This document shows, one piece after another, positions 26,891 through 35,547 of a stretch of DNA of 64,000 nucleotides. The DNA lies in IMG/VR virus record IMGVR_UViG_3300034691_000040, positions 32,001-96,000 of that record. One strand, written 5' to 3'. Below the pieces are notes generated by a model. That model searched no databases. It saw only the letters and a list, made by a program, of their open reading frames with translations, and was not told the origin of the DNA. Made by a program: the position numbers and the translations under genes. Origin of the DNA: a virus. Every line of letters begins with the position of its first letter. Positions within the stretch are counted from its first letter, which is position 1.

Positions 26891-27694
26891 TTATTGAATG
26901 GGGCCTCGGATATCGCCTTGAGTTGTGATGGTCAACAACCCGTTGGATACAATTGCTGCGCCCGCCGCACCGCCCGGACCGTAACGGTTATCGCTACTGC
27001 CGATCGCACCGCCACCACCACCAGGTTGTCCAGGTGCGCCGCCATAACCCACTCCGTAACCGCTGGTATTACCGCCAGCCGTTTGACTACCAGCCGTGCC
27101 GGGGTAGGTATATCCAGGACGCCAGGTAATCGCACCACCTTGACCACCCAATAAACCAGAACCACCGCCACCAGGGCCGTTGTTGTCGTTACTACCACCC
27201 CATTCGGCTGAGCCACCGCCACCGCCACCGCCACCCCAAATCTTCGCTCCGTTCTGGAGTTCAGTGGGATAGTCGAGGAACAAAGCCATCGACCCTGCTT
27301 GACCTTGCACGTAGCTCTTATCGCTGTTAAACCAACCGCCCTGACCGCCCATACCCTGGATCACCCCATTGTTCTGGATGATCAGCACGGAGCCCTCAGG
27401 GAACACACCTGTCTTCAACGACGGTACGCCCCAGGTGTTAGAACCGATGTTGCCGTTGTTAATGAAGATGTACGTAGACGGCGTGTCGATTTCCCCGAAC
27501 AAGTCTTTAATGTTCAGGTTATAACCAGTGCCTGTCCAAGTGTAGTAAACAACGCCTGGCCATACTTCTTTCCAACCAGCCTCTGTTTTTACAGAAACCT
27601 TTTTAGCAGCGACCCAATCGCCATTCTGTTTAACGAATGGCTTTTTAACTTTGGAGAACGCTGCATCAGCGGTTTTGATACTGATGCTAGGCAT
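26891..27694 (-). CDS. Glycine-rich receptor-binding adhesin, T-even gp38-like
   Basis: GMGGQGG, IWGGGGGGGG, GGGGSGLLGGQGG, GGAAGAAIV and C-terminal GDIRGP follow the gp38 polyglycine pattern. Trp-containing N-terminal attachment motif FVKQNGDW...GWKEVWP. Confidence 0.72.
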   Translation of the reverse strand: MPSISIKTADAAFSKVKKPFVKQNGDWVAAKKVSVKTEAGWKEVWPGVVYYTWTGTGYNLNIKDLFGEIDTPSTYIFINNGNIGSNTWGVPSLKTGVFPEGSVLIIQNNGVIQGMGGQGGWFNSDKSYVQGQAGSMALFLDYPTELQNGAKIWGGGGGGGGSAEWGGSNDNNGPGGGGSGLLGGQGGAITWRPGYTYPGTAGSQTAGGNTSGYGVGYGGAPGQPGGGGGAIGSSDNRYGPGGAAGAAIVSNGLLTITTQGDIRGPIQ

Positions 27695-27705
27695 GCCCTA
27701 ACTCC

Positions 27706-29049
27706 TTAGATCTGGAACCAGACGTCACCGACTACCCCAACAGCCGCTGTTGGCAAGGCTGTCGAAACGAACAAGTCTCGGTCACCCATGTTACCAATGC
27801 GTTTGAATGCCAGTGGTGTAGTGCCTACGGTGATGGTACCCTTGGTGGTCAAGTTCCACTTAGTACTACCAAATTTGGCACCGCCCGCTCTGACTTTAAC
27901 AAGCAGACCATCGAGGATTGGATAATCGACACGTTTCCACGCACCGGAGTCAACGACGTACAGCCCATTTTCAATAGCGTTAACCTGACCCGCTGCCAAC
28001 ACCGTAGTGCGTGCGCCGAGGACCTTGTTATCAATGGTCTGCAAGTCAGCCAGTGTGATCTGGGTATCGGAGACTGAATCCACCGTGTATTGGTTCAGCA
28101 CCAAGTTAACCGTGTTGCTAACCACTGCCGCAAGATCACTGTTGAGATCAGCAAACATCTGGTCAATTTCACGGGTGCTGTAGGTGTTATCGCTGAAGTA
28201 CGTCTTGGTAACGTAATCGTCCAATGCGTTCTTCAGCAGGTACCGTTGATCACCCGCTACCTTAGTAACGTAATCATCCAGAACAGTGGAGTTACCATCC
28301 TGAAGATCCTTGATCAATGCCCGGAGAGTCGTGTCGAGGTCGGTCAGCTTGCCATCGGTCTGACCACGGGTGTAATAGTTAGCAAACTGCTGCTGGATCA
28401 GGATATTGTAAGCAGCGATCAGCTCTGGCGTCATGTCACCTGGGAGATGAGGCGGATTATCCAACCAATCCTGGGTGCGTTCACGGATAGCTGCAGCGAT
28501 GTCGTAATTGGAAGCGATCAGTTCTTTGGCGCCAGTAACGTCATTGATGTCGTGGTCATGCGGTAACGCTGGAAAGCGGTCAGGCTTCTCGGCTACTTCC
28601 TCAAACGACAGCGTACGGGGGTCAGCTGCGCGGTTAGAAAGGATCTCAAGAATCTTGTTCTCGTTGAGGGTCCACGTACCGCCAAGAGTTTGGTATTTCT
28701 CAAGCGCCACCTGACCGCTCAGCGTTGGATCAAAGAACATGATGCTGGCGTAAATACCGCCCTGCCGGCCTTCTGTTTCTTTACTGGCGTCAATGAACTT
28801 ATGACCCACGGCATAGTGAATGCCGCGATACAACAACTGACCAGACGCAATGTGTCGAAGCACAACGCTGTCACGATAGAAAGGTGCGGCGAACGGGATG
28901 ATGAAGTGAAAGCTAATTTCCCCGTTGTTTTCCTCTGGAGTCGGCGGCGGATTCAGCGTTTGACGCTCGTTCAGGACCAGGTTCGTAACAGCCGACCCGG
29001 TGATGTCTAACGGGTACAAGTAGTTGGTGACATTTTCGCCAGCCATCAT
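27706..29049 (-). CDS. Tail fibre protein
   Basis: 447 aa. N-terminal YPLDITG anchor domain, central coiled coil, LQTID...ENGLYVV..GAW fibre module and C-terminal VSTALP..GVVGDVWFQ. Confidence 0.72.
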   Translation of the reverse strand: MMAGENVTNYLYPLDITGSAVTNLVLNERQTLNPPPTPEENNGEISFHFIIPFAAPFYRDSVVLRHIASGQLLYRGIHYAVGHKFIDASKETEGRQGGIYASIMFFDPTLSGQVALEKYQTLGGTWTLNENKILEILSNRAADPRTLSFEEVAEKPDRFPALPHDHDINDVTGAKELIASNYDIAAAIRERTQDWLDNPPHLPGDMTPELIAAYNILIQQQFANYYTRGQTDGKLTDLDTTLRALIKDLQDGNSTVLDDYVTKVAGDQRYLLKNALDDYVTKTYFSDNTYSTREIDQMFADLNSDLAAVVSNTVNLVLNQYTVDSVSDTQITLADLQTIDNKVLGARTTVLAAGQVNAIENGLYVVDSGAWKRVDYPILDGLLVKVRAGGAKFGSTKWNLTTKGTITVGTTPLAFKRIGNMGDRDLFVSTALPTAAVGVVGDVWFQI

Positions 29050-29066
29050 TTAATCTCCATTGAAAA

Positions 29067-29100
29067 TATGAGCACTGGCGCCAATTAAACGCCGAGCATA
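29067..29100. promoter_or_regulatory. Face-to-face TATG/CATA candidate divergent late promoters
   Basis: AATATG 29065-70 and CATATT 29097-102 lie in the gap between divergent structural genes. TATG is the phiKZ late promoter core, but it is only 4 nt. Confidence 0.35.
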
Positions 29101-29125
29101 TTATTTTTTAACAGGGTAGGTCTCT

Positions 29126-30394
29126 ATGTACAGCTGCGTAAAAGCATACACCCGTTCTAACGTACCGGGTTCTAAATTCAAAGAAATTGCTGCTGGTTTC
29201 GCACTGGCTTCTGTACGGTCCTATCTTGAACAAGGTGATTGCTATTTAACACTCACCAACAACGCTAGCCAAAATACCTACTTGCTAAACCTTGTAGATG
29301 CTTCAGATTTGATCTATACCAAAAGTCCAGATATCACGATCGCCCAATGGCTCGTGGCAATTGGCGACACCACCTTACCTGTTGTGATCATTGACCCCAC
29401 GAAGTTCGGCATTAAGAAAAACCTGATCAAGTACAATGACCTGATCAATGCGGGATACGACCCTCAGCTCGCACACCCAACCATCGGTGCGGGTACTGAA
29501 CTTCCTTACTCCGAACTGACAGACATCACCATCACTAAAGCGGGTGCTGACTATCTGAAGGTTGTGCGTAACTGCCTCTTTACAGTCAACGGGTTACTGC
29601 ACATCGCAGACCATTCCACCAACGGCATCCGTGTGACTGATGCAGGGCGTTCCGTCTACCACTCTAATGCAAATCAGCTTAGCATTATCAGCCTTCAGCA
29701 ACTGGGGCAGATTACCTGCCTACCTGTCACAAAAGAAATGCTCAAACCGCTCACACCAGAGGGTAAATTAAAGGATGGGTTCAGCATCTCATTCGGTCAA
29801 GACATCGATTTATCGAACAAAGTCGTCATGATGTCACTGGGTGGCGTGCTCCACCACTCTAATCAGTGCTACCAACTTCAAGGCGATCATTCAATGATTG
29901 TCCAGTGGTGGAAGGTGCCTTTCCGCCGGCGGTACTTCGACACTAAAAAGTTTATCGACCTTAAGTCATTTGAAGATACCATCACCCGTAACCCTGCCCA
30001 TCATGACACGCTCGACATCACCAAGGCGTTGTCAGATGAATCCATCAGCGCGTACATGGAGCTGTCACAGACCTTCGTTATCCTACTGGATGCGAAGTCG
30101 ATGTACTACAGCCTTGATGAAGTGGAGCAGACCGATCTGCCAGGTCGTTACTACACCTATTCGAGACCTTCCGTTCCATTGCTGCTGGATAATGGGTTCC
30201 TGGCTGAGTATGTAGCAATACCGGAAAATGGTACATGGGTCTTGGCTATTGATAACGGCTATAACTACAACTATTACGGTCAGACCAAGCCGTCAGAGTC
30301 CAATGATTATATCCCAGACGCCGAGGTGTCGAATAAACCATTTCAGTACTGCCGTGGGTGGCTGCTTGAAATGGGGAGTGAATACCTAGGCTAA
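29126..30394 (+). CDS. Virion structural protein (tail/baseplate region)
   Basis: 422 aa ORF divergent from the fibre operon. CLFTVNGLLH-type segment seen in phiKZ-family structural proteins. Confidence 0.55.
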   Translation: MYSCVKAYTRSNVPGSKFKEIAAGFALASVRSYLEQGDCYLTLTNNASQNTYLLNLVDASDLIYTKSPDITIAQWLVAIGDTTLPVVIIDPTKFGIKKNLIKYNDLINAGYDPQLAHPTIGAGTELPYSELTDITITKAGADYLKVVRNCLFTVNGLLHIADHSTNGIRVTDAGRSVYHSNANQLSIISLQQLGQITCLPVTKEMLKPLTPEGKLKDGFSISFGQDIDLSNKVVMMSLGGVLHHSNQCYQLQGDHSMIVQWWKVPFRRRYFDTKKFIDLKSFEDTITRNPAHHDTLDITKALSDESISAYMELSQTFVILLDAKSMYYSLDEVEQTDLPGRYYTYSRPSVPLLLDNGFLAEYVAIPENGTWVLAIDNGYNYNYYGQTKPSESNDYIPDAEVSNKPFQYCRGWLLEMGSEYLG

Positions 30395-30396
30395 CC

Positions 30397-30432
30397 GCAT
30401 AGCGCCGCAGGCCATTGCCTGCGGCGCTATGC
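30397..30432. terminator. Bidirectional hairpin-TATG family member
   Basis: GCATAGCGCCGCAGGC-CATT-GCCTGCGGCGCTATGC between convergent genes. Confidence 0.8.
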
Positions 30433-30436
30433 TGCA

Positions 30437-30703
30437 TTAGCTACTGCAATTGAACCATGGCTGTCCATCAGTGACGTCACCGCATGTCGCAGCATTACCG
30501 GCGATACAAACGGGGATTCCATTGATTTTAAAGAAGGTCGATCCTTGAGCCATCTTAGGTCCTTGGTGAGGACCATTGCCGTGAGAGGCAACCGTATCAC
30601 CCAACACAGATACTAACGCACCAATCGCCTTGCAGAAGGTCTGACCCCCACCTTGCTGCAGACCCCCGGCTGAGTTAAGCCCAACTAATGCAACACCTGG
30701 CAT
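30437..30703 (-). CDS. PAAR-like spike tip protein (phiKZ gp163-like)
   Basis: 88 aa. GDTVASH...H...INGIPVCIAGNAATCG pattern, directly downstream of the spike gene. Confidence 0.8.
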   Translation of the reverse strand: MPGVALVGLNSAGGLQQGGGQTFCKAIGALVSVLGDTVASHGNGPHQGPKMAQGSTFFKINGIPVCIAGNAATCGDVTDGQPWFNCSS

Positions 30704-30712
30704 GATGCCTCC

Positions 30713-31582
30713 TTACCCTTTATTGATATCTACAGTAGGAGAAGTGATAGCGACATTACCAGCATCGGCTTTGTAAGTGCTACCGCCACCGTCGATTAGT
30801 ACATCCGTACCTGCGGTGAGCTTAAAACTCTTACCGATATTGACAGTGCCGTTGTTACCCGCAGTGATTTTCAAATCGCGTGTAATGTTAGCGATCAGGT
30901 CCTGAGGGGCAAACATCTTGATGTCTTTCTTATCCAGCTTAACAAAGGTACCTTTATCGTTCTGAAGGTGGATAAGGGAAAGAGCGCTGACAAGATTGAT
31001 CAAATTACCGACGTCATCCGTCAGGTTGAATTCACCTTTCTTGGTGTCGAAATACATCTCGTACAAGAACGGTTCACCATCGGACTTAGACGTACAGAAA
31101 GCCAGTCGTTTACTGTGGGTCGAAAACTCAATCCAGTACATGTTTTCAGGAGTGAGTGAATTAGCATTTTCGTCCTGTGTGTTAGAGATACCGATGATGA
31201 TAGTCTCAAGCTTGAACAGGCCATGGTCAAGACCCATGTCTCTCCAGTAGTACTTGTCTTCATCGGCCGCCTGAAGGATCTCGACGCGCACACCTCTTCG
31301 CACATCAGGAGGGGTTAGGCGGTTACTGCATGCGCCAGGTAGCCATTGCGCCTTGATCGTGTTAGTGCCGACGATAGCACCTTTAACTGAAACGCCATCC
31401 TGGTCCTTAGTCTCATACTCCATGACGGTGGCATTTTGAGTCATCTCACCATCGCGCATACCGATCCATTCGGTTGGGATGATTTCAACGTCAGTGCAAA
31501 AACTACCATCGGCATTGGTGATAGGTTTGTTACCATCAATACGACCTTGACCGACTGTGCGGAATACAGATACTTGACTCAT
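30713..31582 (-). CDS. Baseplate central spike protein (phiKZ gp164-like)
   Basis: Likely start is the ATG at 31582 (MSQVSVF). OB-fold-like N-half (LTPPDVRRGVRVEI) and beta-helix-like C-half; adjacent to PAAR. Confidence 0.75.
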   Translation of the reverse strand: MSQVSVFRTVGQGRIDGNKPITNADGSFCTDVEIIPTEWIGMRDGEMTQNATVMEYETKDQDGVSVKGAIVGTNTIKAQWLPGACSNRLTPPDVRRGVRVEILQAADEDKYYWRDMGLDHGLFKLETIIIGISNTQDENANSLTPENMYWIEFSTHSKRLAFCTSKSDGEPFLYEMYFDTKKGEFNLTDDVGNLINLVSALSLIHLQNDKGTFVKLDKKDIKMFAPQDLIANITRDLKITAGNNGTVNIGKSFKLTAGTDVLIDGGGSTYKADAGNVAITSPTVDINKG

Positions 31583-31652
31583 CTCAACACCTTGTAAATA
31601 AAAGTTAACGAAACACACTGATAATACAATGACAATGTGCCGAGTATAAGCC

Positions 31653-34088
31653 ATGTTTTTCGAAGAAATTATCATGAACCAGTGCAACCGTACTGCACTC
31701 AACGGTAAAAACTCGTTCACCATTCGCCCTACCGAAAAAGCCCAAATGGTTCTAGGTACTAACGGTAGTGGCAAGTCTAGCCTCATAGAGATCGGCTTCT
31801 CTCCACTCCCTCCCGAGATTACAGACTTCGACGATGGCGGATCTTTGATTCAAACGGTCTTTCATAAAGGCCATCGTTATCGTCTCGAAAACCACCTCAG
31901 CGGTAAGTGGACGTATTCATTTTCAATCGATGGTGGCGAGAACCTGAATAAGGGGCGTAACGTCACCGCACAGCTGGAGTTGATTAAGCACCACTTGGGT
32001 TGGACAAAAGACCTGCGTGACTTCTTGTTAGGTAAACTTGAATTCACGAAGATGTCCACCGGCCAACGTCGTGATTGGATCGCTAAGTTTTCATCAGTTG
32101 ACTTTGATTACGCATTCGGTCTATACAAAGGATTCCAGAAAGAATACGGTGCGTCTAAAACAGTCGAGAAGTATCTGCGTGACCAGATGGGATTTGCCCG
32201 TAAGGAAACCATCCCGCTTGAAGATTTGGAAGCTATGCGTAAGACAGCGCTTGAGCTGCGTGAAACACTCAAGCTGCTGATGAACGAACCCAAACACTTC
32301 ACCGGCGACGAAGTCAGCACTAAAGAACAAATCCAGTGGCTGATCGATGAAGTGAATCGGTCCACGCATGAGTTCGCATATTCCGAGTATCCTGAAACGC
32401 TTGATGCTAACAGCGTTGATGAATTGCGGGAGATGTCAGCAGGTCTGTTGGCTAGCGTTAACCAACTTACTGGCGAACTCAAAGTAAACGGAGAGCATCT
32501 CGATAAGCTCCGTAGTCGGAAGATGAAAGCCGATAACCTTCTGTCCGTTCCCGTTGACGAACTTCAGAATGAATTGTCTCAGTTACAAGCTGAGATCGTG
32601 GCGTTACCTAAGTCACTGACCGGCTTACACGACAGTTTACTGATTCCTGCCGATCGGCCTATTGCTGAACTGCGCCGGGTGATCAATGAGATCCCAGCGG
32701 TTATGGCTTCTCGTAAAGAGGTGGAGGAGATCAACGAAAAGGTTTACGCTAAGAAAAACCGCGTAGACAAGATCCATGGTCTGCTTGAAGACATTGATCG
32801 TCAAATCATGCACATCCATCGCTGTGCTGAAGTCCAGTGCCCTTCTTGCAATACGTTATTTAAACCCGGTATCGAAGCAGGCAGGCTTGAAGAACTGAAT
32901 GCCAGATACCAGAACGGTCACAATCTAACGGCTGTAGAGCTGACTGAACTTAATGACCTTAACGATAAGCAAAATGCTATTCGTGAAAACATTCGACTGT
33001 ACGACCAGCTTGAAGAACTGAAGATTCAGTACCAGGGTAGTTATCCTGGGCTGTTTACTTATCTGGAACAATCCGGTTGGGCAAAGCTTGGCGCAGGTTT
33101 GGCTGAGAAGACATCCGTGTATTACCGCGATGAGCAATTGGCCCGTAAGCGTGAAAAGCTCAACACGCGCATTAAAGAGATTGAACAAGTCTTCGCAATG
33201 CTGCGTGAAGAGGCGCCGGAGCTTGCAGGTGCGCGTGATGCTTATCTTGAAACAGAGGATGAGTACAACCGCATCTTTAACTCCATCCGTGATCTGAAGC
33301 TTCGCAGGATTCGGGTTGAAACAGTCATTCGAAACCATACCGAATACAGTGAGCGTCTGGACTACTGCAACGAGACCTACGCAAAGCTACGTCAATCGCT
33401 GATTGATTTTGCTAACCACCGTGCTGATACCATGGTGGAAGGACTGATCCGTAAGACACTCGAAACCCTGGGCGTTCATGAACAGGCTATCACAGAAAAT
33501 GAATCCCATGAAACCGTGCTTAAAGATCTGGAGATCAAACACAGTAAATCGCTGATCCAGTTGGAGGCCGCTAAGTGCCTTGTGGACGCGATGTGTCCAA
33601 AGACAGGTCTCATTGCAGAGCAAATCAGTTTGCAGCTCACGGGCATTATCTCGGGCGTCAATGAGATGATTCAGCGAGTATGGGGCTATCCTCTTTACAT
33701 CTCCGCAGGTATGGAGTTTGATGAAGAGCTTAATTACAAGTTCCCACTGACGGTCGATACGAAACAACGCCCCGACATTGCAAATGGCAGCGGTGCGAGT
33801 CTTGACATCATCAATGAAGCCTTCAGACTGACCAGCTATTACTGCATGGACTTGGTTGACTATCCGCTCTACTTGGATGAACTAGGTGCCACGTTCGATG
33901 AAGTCCATCGGCAGAACCTTATTCCCCTGATGAAAGATTTGATCGACAATGATCGTTTCTCTCAAGTGTTGATCATCAGTCACAGCCTCGACGGCCAAAC
34001 GGCGTTCCCTAACTCCGAGACTATTATTTTGGATGACCGGAACATCAACTATCCTCACCAATATAACCGCCATGTGGAGTTCGCATGA
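31653..34088 (+). CDS. sbcC: SbcC/Rad50-like SMC ATPase
   Basis: Walker A GTNGSGKS, long coiled coil with CPSC zinc hook, signature NGSGAS, Walker B LYLDE, H-loop ISH. Confidence 0.9.
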   Translation: MFFEEIIMNQCNRTALNGKNSFTIRPTEKAQMVLGTNGSGKSSLIEIGFSPLPPEITDFDDGGSLIQTVFHKGHRYRLENHLSGKWTYSFSIDGGENLNKGRNVTAQLELIKHHLGWTKDLRDFLLGKLEFTKMSTGQRRDWIAKFSSVDFDYAFGLYKGFQKEYGASKTVEKYLRDQMGFARKETIPLEDLEAMRKTALELRETLKLLMNEPKHFTGDEVSTKEQIQWLIDEVNRSTHEFAYSEYPETLDANSVDELREMSAGLLASVNQLTGELKVNGEHLDKLRSRKMKADNLLSVPVDELQNELSQLQAEIVALPKSLTGLHDSLLIPADRPIAELRRVINEIPAVMASRKEVEEINEKVYAKKNRVDKIHGLLEDIDRQIMHIHRCAEVQCPSCNTLFKPGIEAGRLEELNARYQNGHNLTAVELTELNDLNDKQNAIRENIRLYDQLEELKIQYQGSYPGLFTYLEQSGWAKLGAGLAEKTSVYYRDEQLARKREKLNTRIKEIEQVFAMLREEAPELAGARDAYLETEDEYNRIFNSIRDLKLRRIRVETVIRNHTEYSERLDYCNETYAKLRQSLIDFANHRADTMVEGLIRKTLETLGVHEQAITENESHETVLKDLEIKHSKSLIQLEAAKCLVDAMCPKTGLIAEQISLQLTGIISGVNEMIQRVWGYPLYISAGMEFDEELNYKFPLTVDTKQRPDIANGSGASLDIINEAFRLTSYYCMDLVDYPLYLDELGATFDEVHRQNLIPLMKDLIDNDRFSQVLIISHSLDGQTAFPNSETIILDDRNINYPHQYNRHVEFA

Positions 34089-34417
34089 ATAAACGTAAAA
34101 TTGTCATCATTTCACACTGGCAACCTTTGCTTGATCAAATGAAAGATATCATGAGCGACTGCCTTGAGTTGTCTAGTGAGGCTCAACTCGAATCTGCTAA
34201 ATATAAAGTCTTTGGGAACGGCGTAGTCCCCTTTACATTTCATCTTAACCAAGACCAGCCAGAAGTTGGTAGTGTGTTAGAGGTTGGTGGGATTTCTGAC
34301 TACGTCTATTTTCAAGATCCGGTCGATCAGGGGCAAGATATAGTTGAGTTCATAGACCCTCCTGGGTTTGAAAGATTATTGCCTGGGGTATATGAAGTGA
34401 GATCGCGTCCAATCTAA
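34085..34417 (+). CDS. Hypothetical protein (110 aa)
   Basis: ATGA overlap with the sbcC stop and GGAG RBS. Confidence 0.6.
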   Translation: MNKRKIVIISHWQPLLDQMKDIMSDCLELSSEAQLESAKYKVFGNGVVPFTFHLNQDQPEVGSVLEVGGISDYVYFQDPVDQGQDIVEFIDPPGFERLLPGVYEVRSRPI

Positions 34418-34431
34418 AAGATGGAGTTCCC

Positions 34432-34602
34432 ATGATTACTGCAACGACTGTGTTAAACGCATCATTGTTGTCATCGCTCTTTGCCATCTGCGTCGGTTAC
34501 TTGGCCGGAGAGAAGAAATTAGGGGCTGGTTTTTTGGTCTCTGTCATCGTTACTGAGCTGATTGTGACCGCTGTTATTGGCGCGATCTACTGGGGTGCGT
34601 GA
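34432..34602 (+). CDS. Small two-transmembrane protein (56 aa), absent from the ORF track
   Basis: GGAG RBS, ATG 34432. MITATTVLNASLLSSLFAICVGYLAGEKKLGAGFLVSVIVTELIVTAVIGAIYWGA. TGA stop overlaps the next ATG. Confidence 0.7.
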   Translation: MITATTVLNASLLSSLFAICVGYLAGEKKLGAGFLVSVIVTELIVTAVIGAIYWGA

Positions 34603-34838
34603 TGGATAAGGAAGATTACGCGTTCCCTGAGGATGAGTTCTTCGGGGTCTGTACGGTGTCATCTTTCAGGGATGGAAAGATGTACGTCAGTACAGAGAAT
34701 CAAAAGGTTGGGGTGAATATCCCCGCGGGTGAGAATTGGGACAGTCATTTCAAGAAAGGCGATACGCTCGAAGTGTACATCGCTCCCGATAATTTCACTC
34801 ATTACAAAAAGTATTCGCCAGAAGTAAACGATGATTAA
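34602..34838 (+). CDS. Hypothetical protein (78 aa)
   Basis: TGATG translational coupling with the upstream small membrane gene; ends at a bidirectional hairpin. Confidence 0.6.
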   Translation: MDKEDYAFPEDEFFGVCTVSSFRDGKMYVSTENQKVGVNIPAGENWDSHFKKGDTLEVYIAPDNFTHYKKYSPEVNDD

Positions 34839-34841
34839 CAG

Positions 34842-34890
34842 CATACACCCCGGTCATTGCGACCGGGGTGTATGTCTGCTTCTTTTCTTT
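34842..34890. terminator. Bidirectional hairpin-TATG family member
   Basis: CATACACCCCGGTC-ATTGC-GACCGGGGTGTATG then TCTGCTTCTTTTCTTT. Confidence 0.8.
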
Positions 34891-35534
34891 TACGTACCCG
34901 GCGGCGTACCACCCATGTCAATGATGACCTGCTGCAATTGTTCAATCACCGTAACCAGTTCAGCGTTACTTTGGGTCAGACTTGCGACTTGGTCTTGAAG
35001 GACCAGGACCTTTGCATAATCGGTCGTCCGGTTCTTGATAGCCGCATTGCGCGCTGCCAAGTTCTGTACGTACTGTTCTTGCGTGATCGCATCCGCGGTA
35101 GGTGCGACGCAAAGCATGATGGTTGGCACCACACCAATGTCATCAGAGATAGCCTTGCCGTATGCCGCCATCGCACGGGTGAAGTCGTAGGTGTCGGGAA
35201 GCATACCTAAGTCAGCCGCCATGACCACACGTTGATGCGGCACCACATCCATGTTCGGGTACGAATCGATATACGTGTCTGGCACGTACAAAGGTTTCTG
35301 CGTGTCCGACAGCAGCGTGATAACCGCAGCGCCTGCTACTTTGTCTGCATCGTAATCAGTCGTCGATAACCCAACTGGCGTATATACCAACGCCATCGGG
35401 TCAAGACCCTGACTGATCATTTCCTCAAACGTTCGTTCAGCGCCTACGCGATAAACAATGTTTGCCAGCGCGGTAAACGGGATACGTAAGGAGAAAAGCC
35501 CCTTAGTCCCCAGAGGGGGCGTGATACGTGCCAT
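34890..35534 (-). CDS. Virion structural protein with C-terminal coiled coil
   Basis: 214 aa with strong codon bias, in an operon with 35548-36876. Confidence 0.55.
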   Translation of the reverse strand: MARITPPLGTKGLFSLRIPFTALANIVYRVGAERTFEEMISQGLDPMALVYTPVGLSTTDYDADKVAGAAVITLLSDTQKPLYVPDTYIDSYPNMDVVPHQRVVMAADLGMLPDTYDFTRAMAAYGKAISDDIGVVPTIMLCVAPTADAITQEQYVQNLAARNAAIKNRTTDYAKVLVLQDQVASLTQSNAELVTVIEQLQQVIIDMGGTPPGT

Positions 35535-35547
35535 GAGTCACTCCCCG

